DNA from: a virus
Lineage: Duplodnaviria > Caudoviricetes
IMG/VR virus record: IMGVR_UViG_3300029288_007102
Span: 64,001 to 128,000 of that record
Direction: 5' to 3' (one strand)
Length of the DNA: 64,000 nucleotides
In this document: positions 57,000-64,000 of the stretch, one piece after another
Layout: every line of letters begins with the position of its first letter
How positions within the stretch are numbered: the first letter of the stretch is position 1
The notes under the pieces: generated by a model
What the model saw: only the letters and a program-made list of their open reading frames with translations
Databases searched by the model: none
Told to the model about the DNA's origin: nothing
Translations under genes and position numbers: made by a program

Positions 57000-58172
57000 A
57001 TGCCAATTATAAATAGCTTGCTCGATACGGACTGGTATAAAATCTTAATGTCCCAGGTCATCTATTTTAACTTTCTTGATGCTTCGGTTAAGTATAAATT
57101 TATCAACAGGAATAAGGAAGACAAGTTCCCCCGGGGATTTGACAAAAGGTTGAGGAAAGAAATTCGGCATCTAGCCACGCTCCGGTTAACTCAATATGAA
57201 AAAGACTGGTTGTTAAAACAGAACTCTATTTACCCGGAGTTTGTGGACTGGTTTGAAAAATATAGATTTAACCCTAAAGAGGTCAAAGTTAAATTAGTAA
57301 AAGGCGATCTCCAGGTTGAGATAGAAGGATCCTGGTTAAGAACTATTTTCTGGGAAGTGCCTCTCCTGGCTATAATTTCAGAATTGTATTATAAAATGTT
57401 GGGCTGTACTACGGATTGGCCTTATGTTAACAAGATGATGCGGGGGAAAAGGGTAAAATTGGCATTCCCTTTTGCCGACTTCGGTACCAGAAGGAGATTT
57501 TCTTATGATGTTCAGGACAGATTGGTAAAGACAATGAAGGCAGTTTTGTATGAAGATGGGCAGGACCAAATAACAAATCTTCACTTTCTTGGTACGTCAA
57601 ATCCTCATTTTGCAATGAAATATCGAGTAACCCCTATTGGTACCTATGCCCATGAAGCCCCTATGTTCATGCAGGTTTTTGGGTGTATAGAGGCTAGCAA
57701 TAATCACTGGTTAACCCTTTGGCGAGAATTGTACGGGAAACAATATAGCATAATGCTAACTGACACCTTAACTACTGATTATTTCCTTGATCATATGCCG
57801 GGGAAGTTCTTCCGCATGATGGATGGGGTAAGGTTGGACAGCGGTGACCCTATTAAGGTTGGCCAGAAGGTTCTCAATTTTTATAAAGCTCAGGGCATAG
57901 ACCCTAAACATAAGAAGTTTGTTTGGAGCGATAATTTAAACCCGGAGACTGCCAAGAAGATTTATGGACAGTTTAAGGACAAGACAAACTGTATATTTGG
58001 GATTGGAACAAATTTGACAAATGACTGTGGACAGAAACCTTTAAATATGGTGATCAAGTTGGATATGGTCAATGGGCAATATGTTGTCAAATTATCTGAC
58101 GATAAAGGGAAACATACCGGAAATCCGGTGATTATAGCAAGAGTGAAAGAGACTATTAAGAGGATAGGATGA
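57000..58172 (+). CDS. pncB: Nicotinate phosphoribosyltransferase
   Basis: 'SLLDTDWYK', 'DFGTRRRFS', 'GTSN', 'PIGTYAHE', 'GVRLDSGDP', 'FGIGTNLTND', 'KLSDDKGK'. Confidence 0.95.
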   Translation: MPIINSLLDTDWYKILMSQVIYFNFLDASVKYKFINRNKEDKFPRGFDKRLRKEIRHLATLRLTQYEKDWLLKQNSIYPEFVDWFEKYRFNPKEVKVKLVKGDLQVEIEGSWLRTIFWEVPLLAIISELYYKMLGCTTDWPYVNKMMRGKRVKLAFPFADFGTRRRFSYDVQDRLVKTMKAVLYEDGQDQITNLHFLGTSNPHFAMKYRVTPIGTYAHEAPMFMQVFGCIEASNNHWLTLWRELYGKQYSIMLTDTLTTDYFLDHMPGKFFRMMDGVRLDSGDPIKVGQKVLNFYKAQGIDPKHKKFVWSDNLNPETAKKIYGQFKDKTNCIFGIGTNLTNDCGQKPLNMVIKLDMVNGQYVVKLSDDKGKHTGNPVIIARVKETIKRIG

Positions 58173-58306
58173 CCATAAAAAAACACAAGCGTTGTTGCCG
58201 CAATTGCGGCTCCTTTTGGAGTTGTCCTAAATATTTTTCTCCACACAATGACTGGAGGGCGTGTAAACTCTGGTGGCCAAAAAAGAGAGAAAGGATAAAG
58301 AAATGA
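58169..58306 (+). CDS. Small Cys-rich protein (45 aa, not in ORF track)
   Basis: ATGA overlap with pncB stop; 'CCRNC...C...C..W'. Confidence 0.45.
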   Translation: MTIKKHKRCCRNCGSFWSCPKYFSPHNDWRACKLWWPKKRERIKK

Positions 58307-58444
58307 GAATAACGTTCCGGGAGGCACAGAAATTAGGGATCTGGGATAAGATCTCTGAGATCTCAGGGATAAACCCTTGGGCGGCTAATGAGGGGTTGTT
58401 AGACCCCGATGAACCGATAAACATAACCATAAAAGAAAAGGAGA

Positions 58445-58759
58445 ATGAAAGCAATGACAAAAAAGAAAACAAATAAGGTAAAGTTGACTAAAGCCCAAAT
58501 GAATTTCAGGGACAGGGCTAAATTTGTAGAGTTACAGAAGAACCGTTTGGCGGATGCTGCAGAACTTGTCAATGCCTCCTATGAAGCTTTACAGAAAGTG
58601 GGAGCATCTGTTGAGCCCCTCCGCCTGGTCTATGAGACCATCATTGATGTGGCGACAATGTTAGTTGACCAATACTTGATTACCCCTGAGGAGAAAGAAA
58701 GACGGGATTATAAACCGCCAGTAGAAGCGAAAGAAGAAGACAACGAACCTGAAGAATAA
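58445..58759 (+). CDS. Hypothetical protein
   Basis: SD AAGGAG. Confidence 0.55.
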   Translation: MKAMTKKKTNKVKLTKAQMNFRDRAKFVELQKNRLADAAELVNASYEALQKVGASVEPLRLVYETIIDVATMLVDQYLITPEEKERRDYKPPVEAKEEDNEPEE

Positions 58760-58779
58760 CCAACTAGAGAGGACAATTT

Positions 58780-58923
58780 ATGAAAATGAGATGTAGAAAG
58801 TGTAAGAGTACAATGACTTACATAAGGATCTCTACCGGAGAACGGGTTTGTCGTCACTGCGGAGATGTAGAAAAGATAAAAGGGTTGGGCACTAAAAAGA
58901 AGAAGGGGGCTGCTGATGTATAA
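58780..58923 (+). CDS. Zinc-ribbon protein (47 aa, not in ORF track)
   Basis: 'MRCRKCKS..Y.RI.TGERVCRHCG'; SD GAGAGG. Confidence 0.55.
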   Translation: MKMRCRKCKSTMTYIRISTGERVCRHCGDVEKIKGLGTKKKKGAADV

Positions 58924-59111
58924 GCCTAAAACGAAAAAGAGGATCTTAGCCAGGCTAATTGCTTTGGCAAAACTGCCAACAGCAGAAGAGATTAGTTTAT
59001 CAATTAGGGAGGAGGCAAGAGAGGGGATAAAAAATGAGATGATCCGCCAAATGGACAGATTCACAAAGAATAAAAATAGATTTTAATTTTTAAAAAGAAG
59101 GGGGTGAGGAT

Positions 59112-59285
59112 GTGGCTAAAATAAGGTATCAGTGTTTGTACAGCAATAGCTGTAAAGACACTCTCTGCCCGCATAGAGAAAAACATGAAGCGATGGTCGG
59201 GAAGGAAGGGAGATGCAATAGTTGTGAGACTCTTTGCAGCAATGGCGGGCAATTTGCCAAGAAGGTTTTTTGTGAAGTAGTGTAA
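59112..59285 (+). CDS. Small Cys-rich protein (57 aa, not in ORF track)
   Basis: GTG after GGGGTGAGG; 7 Cys. Confidence 0.4.
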   Translation: MAKIRYQCLYSNSCKDTLCPHREKHEAMVGKEGRCNSCETLCSNGGQFAKKVFCEVV

Positions 59286-59306
59286 CCAATAAGTAGGAGG
59301 GGGAGA

Positions 59307-59603
59307 ATGGGAAAAAGAATTAAGATAGACCGCAAGAAGGCTAATGAAATGAGAGCGAGAGCCAGACATCATGCAAAACAATTGATTCCGTTAGCTGTAG
59401 TTGTTCATGACATTTTATGCAATTTTAATGAAGATTGTTTTGGACAATTCAAAACCGCATTACATTTCCGCACACCCAAAGGGGTCTACAAAGTAAGGCC
59501 TTACGGTAATGGCCACAATAAGTATGTCGGCATAGAGGTTCTTCTAAAAGGGAAAAGACTGGTTGCTTTAAAAATAGATGAAAAACAAATGCAAAAAGAT
59601 TAG
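59307..59603 (+). CDS. Hypothetical protein
   Basis: SD AGGAGG. Confidence 0.55.
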   Translation: MGKRIKIDRKKANEMRARARHHAKQLIPLAVVVHDILCNFNEDCFGQFKTALHFRTPKGVYKVRPYGNGHNKYVGIEVLLKGKRLVALKIDEKQMQKD

Positions 59604-59615
59604 AAATTTTTGTGC

Positions 59616-59644
59616 TTGACAATAAAAGAGAAGTATAGTAGACT
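59616..59644 (+). promoter_or_regulatory. Sigma70-type promoter
   Basis: TTGACA-N17-TAGACT. Confidence 0.7.
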
Positions 59645-59757
59645 TAACATCGGACAAAAAGCCGAAAGTCATTCTTACTATTTTTCGGTAGCACAGAGAG
59701 TCTAATTTATGACCAGCACCAAAACAAATCACCCATAAAATTAAAAAACCAATAGTT

Positions 59758-59812
59758 CCAGCAGATAGGCCTAATAGCCTGTCTGCTGGCGTTTCTGTTT
59801 CTATTTTTTTTG
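59758..59812 (+). terminator. Terminator/attenuator-like hairpin
   Basis: CCAGCAGATAGGC/GCCTGTCTGCTGG stem followed by T-rich tract. Confidence 0.6.
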
Positions 59813-59881
59813 GTCTTTGATAACCGCCTGACTTGAATCCACTGAAAAGTTTGAATAATTTAATTTAAAGGGAGTTGACTA

Positions 59882-60235
59882 ATGAAAGAGCCTGACAACC
59901 TGTCTGCAAGTCTAACTAGCGATGCCGTTACCGTATGTTTGATCGGGGCAGTGATAAAACAAGCTATTGTAGATTATTTTAATCCTCAGATAAATGGTTC
60001 GGGATACTTCAAATTGAAATATAAAAGAACCGCCGATTACAAAAGAAAGATGATCCAAGAAGACGCAAGGAAATTTTTGTTCACAAAGGATCTTGACCAC
60101 TATTTACAACATTTTGGTTTAACTATCAATATTGCCTATTTACGCAAACTTTTACATAAATGCCAAAATGGGAAATATAGAACAAATTTGTTAGCACCCC
60201 ACCCTGACGTATTAATGAAAAATCTATGGATTTGA
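59882..60235 (+). CDS. Hypothetical phage protein
   Basis: SD AGGGAG; 'AVIKQAIVDY...DARKFL'. Confidence 0.6.
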   Translation: MKEPDNLSASLTSDAVTVCLIGAVIKQAIVDYFNPQINGSGYFKLKYKRTADYKRKMIQEDARKFLFTKDLDHYLQHFGLTINIAYLRKLLHKCQNGKYRTNLLAPHPDVLMKNLWI

Positions 60236-60477
60236 TTGAGATATTATGAAAATAAAAGATGTATTTAATAAATACAGAAAACTTGTACCCTTCCCTTGGA
60301 ACCAGAAGAAGATAAGGTGTTCCGGGCTGAATCCAAAAAAGTTTGTAAGAGATTTTGCCAAAGACCTTAATAGGTGTGAGGATCAAACAGTTGAGACTTT
60401 GCGGTTTTGTAAGAAAGTAAAAAGCTTAAAATAAATATTTGCCAGTCTATATAGAGTTGGCATATTTAGGATACCGA

Positions 60478-62010
60478 ATGACATTAGAGCTATGCGTTTC
60501 CGGTCAGTATGTATATTTCCGTAATCTTACCAACACCATCGTAGACAAATTAGACGACCACTTTTCGGTGTTTTTTCCGAATTATTGGTTTATGCCTTCT
60601 TTCAAGCAACACTTCTCTGACGGAAAATTTCACTTCTACAACAAGACCTACAACCGTTTACCTGGGGGACTTGTTCCCCTTATTGAAGAATTTTTGATAA
60701 TTGAAAATATCCCATACGAGAAGAGAGATACCCGTCAGATCAAACCTTTGGCAACCGGGGTAGACTTCTCTTTGGTTGGGGCTGAGGAGCGGAGTTACCA
60801 GATTGAGACAGTAAAGACAATCCTTTCTCAGAAGGCCATAATTGCCAACTCTGCCACGAACGCAGGTAAAACTGAGCTGGCCGCAATTGCCATAAAGATC
60901 TATCTGGAAAGCGGCTTTAAGGTCCTTTGGATTGTACATCGGAAGGCTTTAATGCGTCAGACAGCCAAACGTCTTATGCGTAGACTATCTCTTAAAGAGA
61001 GCGACATTGGGCTTATAGGAGATGGTGCTTTTGATCCTGAAAAGCAGCTTACGATTTCCATGATCCAAACTCTATCCCGATTAGCCATTGGGAAAGAGAA
61101 AGCTAATTCCAAAGTGGCAAGAAAATTGTTGGAAGAATGTGATGCTGTAATTGTAGATGAAGTCCATCACGGCAAATCAGATTCTTATTATAAAACCTTA
61201 ATGAAAATGCCTGCTGTTTATAGGCTAGGCTTATCAGGAACTGCCCTGAAACAAAAAGAGTTAGACTTGATGAGGATCAAGGCGGCAATCAGTTCTAATG
61301 TTTGTGTTATCACCAATGATTTTTTGATTCAAGAGGGGTATTCAGCTAAACCGACTATTTATCTGCATACCATTGAAAATATGACTATTGATAAGAAGAC
61401 GCCATCCCGGGATGAATTATTGTATGAAGAAACCGAAGATGAACGTGGCGAACCTCAAAAAGAACTGGTTTTAGACGAAAGAGGAAGGTCGATAGTGGTG
61501 ACGCCGGGCGTTTATCGCATAGGCGTTATAAACAACGATGGATTCAACGAGCAGGTAGCGGACATTGCCAAGAAGGACTCAAAAATCGGCAATGTCTTAA
61601 TTATCGTCAATCGTACTGAACATGGCGAGAATATCCTGGCAAAACTTGATAAAAGATTTAAGGCAGATCTGATATTTTCCGAACTAGGTACCGAAGAGGT
61701 TATGCAGAAGCTAGAGAACTTCCGGACAGGTAAGACAGAGATCTTAATTTCTACGCCTTTGGTTGACGAAGGTTTGGATTTACCGAACATAAAAATATTG
61801 ATCTTGGCAGCAGGCGGTGAATCACCCAGCCAGTTGTTGCAGAGGGTAGGAAGGGGGTTGAGAAAGAAGGGCGGAGACAACCGCTTATACGTCCATGATT
61901 TTATTAACTGTTGCCACCATCTATTGTTGAGCCAATCAATTAAACGATTTGACGAATATGTGAATGAAAAGTTTGAAATAATCCAAGACGGAGTTCGGTT
62001 GGAGGGTTAA
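60478..62010 (+). CDS. SF2 DExH helicase (UvsW/XPB-like)
   Basis: 'RSYQ', 'ATNAGKT', 'IVDEVHH', 'GLSGT', 'EGLDLP', 'QRVGRGLR'. Confidence 0.92.
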   Translation: MTLELCVSGQYVYFRNLTNTIVDKLDDHFSVFFPNYWFMPSFKQHFSDGKFHFYNKTYNRLPGGLVPLIEEFLIIENIPYEKRDTRQIKPLATGVDFSLVGAEERSYQIETVKTILSQKAIIANSATNAGKTELAAIAIKIYLESGFKVLWIVHRKALMRQTAKRLMRRLSLKESDIGLIGDGAFDPEKQLTISMIQTLSRLAIGKEKANSKVARKLLEECDAVIVDEVHHGKSDSYYKTLMKMPAVYRLGLSGTALKQKELDLMRIKAAISSNVCVITNDFLIQEGYSAKPTIYLHTIENMTIDKKTPSRDELLYEETEDERGEPQKELVLDERGRSIVVTPGVYRIGVINNDGFNEQVADIAKKDSKIGNVLIIVNRTEHGENILAKLDKRFKADLIFSELGTEEVMQKLENFRTGKTEILISTPLVDEGLDLPNIKILILAAGGESPSQLLQRVGRGLRKKGGDNRLYVHDFINCCHHLLLSQSIKRFDEYVNEKFEIIQDGVRLEG

Positions 62011-62011
62011 G

Positions 62012-62635
62012 ATGACAGGTAAAGATTTGGCGATTTTGTCAAAATTGAAGCAAGGGTTTGGAGTTAGACAACAGAAGGAAAGGAATTCTCGGTTAAAGGC
62101 GATGCAGCAAACCTTATCAGAAGAAGATAAGAAAATTTTCTCCCTTTTAGAGTCGTTCTACAACAGATATAAAGAAAAATATAAAGTATCCCCCAAAGAG
62201 TTAGCTTGGTTTGACGAATGCAAATTCGATTTCAGACGTTTTAGGATCTGGAAACAAATGAAAACAATCCATAAAATTTTAGTTCGTCTGGACATAGACC
62301 AAGAAAAATATTTGGGGTTTTTATTTAGAAACACCTGGTACCCAAAAATCTACGCTTTAGCTACCCCATTTTACACTGGACCTTACTTATCTTACTGTAT
62401 GAAAGATGGGACTTTACTCCCGGATGAATCTAAAAAATATTGGGATAAATTTGTCCAAAAAGGATTAAATACTTTCCACTTTAAGACTAGAGAAGATCTC
62501 TACAAAAACAAACCAGATTTTACCGTTTGGTTGCCTGAAGCTTACCTAGCAAAAGATGAGGTTTACCAAACCTTATTTCGCCAAGGAATATTCTCAAAAT
62601 TACCTCCTAAATCTACACACTCTTTAGAGGTTTAA
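62012..62635 (+). CDS. Hypothetical replication-associated protein
   Basis: Between SF2 helicase and DnaB-like helicase. Confidence 0.5.
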   Translation: MTGKDLAILSKLKQGFGVRQQKERNSRLKAMQQTLSEEDKKIFSLLESFYNRYKEKYKVSPKELAWFDECKFDFRRFRIWKQMKTIHKILVRLDIDQEKYLGFLFRNTWYPKIYALATPFYTGPYLSYCMKDGTLLPDESKKYWDKFVQKGLNTFHFKTREDLYKNKPDFTVWLPEAYLAKDEVYQTLFRQGIFSKLPPKSTHSLEV

Positions 62636-63014
62636 CCTGTGGATAACTCATCAAAACTAACATTTTTCCACTATACCTTTTTCTCGTCGCTGTCTCGTAC
62701 GCACGCACGCACACCCGGGCGGGAGATATAGGTTTTTGTATTTTAATAATTAAAAAATTAAAGCATTAAAGCATTAAATATTAGAATATTTAAAGTTTAG
62801 CAGAATGTTAGTCAAGAAGAGCGGAGAAATCGGCTGAGACGTTTTTTTTGATAGAAAAAGAAGACAGAACCTTAAACCCCTCCGCTCCAAAAAGCCGGAG
62901 CGGAGGGGCCGGTTCCACTGAAGACTTTAAAACTAAACAAAAGCAACTGCTTCAAGAATTACCACAGCTCAAAAAATTCCGCCTGGTTTTGCCGGGCGTT
63001 TAGGGGATATTAGA
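62636..63014. other. Candidate replication origin
   Basis: Non-coding; DnaA box TGTGGATAA 62638-62646, CGCA repeats, AT-rich tract with TTAAAGCA repeats, 12-bp hairpin 62877-62908. Confidence 0.5.
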
Positions 63015-64000
63015 ATGGCTGACCAATACAACTTTGGGGTGGATTTCCAAAAGCAGATCTTGCGGTTCTTGTTGAACAAAGAAAACCTTCACGAATACCG
63101 GGTGTTTATCCAGGCTGAGTATTTTAGCAACGAGATGCACCGGATGATTTATGGACTTATCCAAACGCACTATGAGAAGTATAAAGAAATCCCGGACCTA
63201 GATATTATGCTGGAAGAAGTAAGGATTTCTCAACAGAGCCTAAATAAAGACTATCTGAACTCGGAAATAAAAACTATTTTTGGAATGCGTGAGGAAAATA
63301 ATTTTGCATATATCCGGGATAAGGTTGTGGAGTTTGCCCAGCACCAAGCAATGAAGAATGCGATATTACAATCTGCGGATGCATTGAAAGTAGGGGATTA
63401 TGCTAAAATTAAGCAGTTGATTGCGGAGGCGAATAAAGTAGGGGATGTCCAAGATCTGGGGTTGGAATATTTTACTTCAATGGCAGATGGTTCATTTTTC
63501 CGAGGGCAGGATCATAAAGATACCCGTATCCAGACGTGCTTGGATGAATTAGATAACTATATGGGTGGAGGGTTGGATTATGGTGAGTTAGGAATAATCT
63601 TGGGGTCAAGTAAAAGAGGGAAGTCGATGTTCCTGGTGAATTTAGGGAAGGCGGCGGTATATTGGGGAAAGAAAGTTGTGCATTATACTTTTGAGTTATC
63701 TTTGAAGAAAACGGCTAAGAGGTATGATAGTACATTCTCAGGGATAGAATATAAAAAACTGGATGATGATCCGGTAGAGATTCGTGATCGGGTAATGAAC
63801 ATCATGAACGAGATGGTTGTCAATGAGGCTTTGGTTATAAAGTCGTACCCGACGAGGAGTTGCTCGGTGGATATGATCGCCTCACATTTAGATCGATTAC
63901 AGGCAAAAGGGTTTTATCCGGATATGTTAGTTGTTGATTATGCGGACATTATGAAAGCAAATCGCCGGATTAACGACAGCTTAAGGGAAGAGGCTAGTAT
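63015..64000 (+). CDS. DnaB-like replicative helicase (T4 gp41-type), truncated by window end
   Basis: MADQYNFGVDFQKQIL...; 'GGGLDYGELGIILGSSKRGKS' Walker A, 'HYTFEL', 'IKSYPT', 'DMLVVDYADIM'. Confidence 0.9.
   Translation, partial: MADQYNFGVDFQKQILRFLLNKENLHEYRVFIQAEYFSNEMHRMIYGLIQTHYEKYKEIPDLDIMLEEVRISQQSLNKDYLNSEIKTIFGMREENNFAYIRDKVVEFAQHQAMKNAILQSADALKVGDYAKIKQLIAEANKVGDVQDLGLEYFTSMADGSFFRGQDHKDTRIQTCLDELDNYMGGGLDYGELGIILGSSKRGKSMFLVNLGKAAVYWGKKVVHYTFELSLKKTAKRYDSTFSGIEYKKLDDDPVEIRDRVMNIMNEMVVNEALVIKSYPTRSCSVDMIASHLDRLQAKGFYPDMLVVDYADIMKANRRINDSLREEAS

Noticed and set aside
59650-59720. c-di-GMP-I riboswitch (GTCTAA...TATGAC resemblance)
   Set aside because: Lacks the GGCAAA/GAAA/GACGCAAAGC core arrangement
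486-61880. Minus-strand ORFs in the track
   Set aside because: All are antisense shadows of + strand genes or structured RNAs, without recognisable motifs
1-64000. Stop-codon recoding suggested by the CUA-containing tRNA-like element
   Set aside because: Genes are full length in code 11, and TAG/TGA end many genes with the next gene starting immediately

Overview
Segment of a large, AT-rich contractile-tailed (myovirus-like) bacteriophage. Essentially all genes are on the + strand and read in standard code 11. 1-16 kb: tail module (tube, frameshifted chaperone pair, tape measure, hub, spike, baseplate J/gp25-like, large fibre/receptor-binding proteins) with a glycosyltransferase embedded among the baseplate genes. 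16-32 kb: a ~16 kb glycan synthesis/modification cluster (several glycosyltransferases, 5 SAM methyltransferase domains, a B12 radical-SAM enzyme, two PI3/4K-Fam20-like kinases, nucleotide-sugar epimerases/reductase), interrupted by an initiator tRNA-Met and a stand-alone NrdD glycyl-radical fragment, followed by an M15 endolysin and probable holin. 33-60 kb: early/accessory region with sigma70-type promoters, a probable sRNA, an unannotated 58-aa histone-fold candidate, HNH nucleases, a TopoVI-A-like TOPRIM protein, Pif1 helicase, a tRNA repair/maturation toolkit (Rnl2-type ligase, truncated RtcB, CCA-adding enzyme, SpoU methylase, Thg1), several non-canonical tRNA-like RNAs, a TyrA-like dehydrogenase and PncA+PncB NAD salvage genes. 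60-64 kb: SF2 helicase, candidate replication origin and start of a DnaB-like helicase. All protein calls are from motif recognition by eye; no database searches were run.
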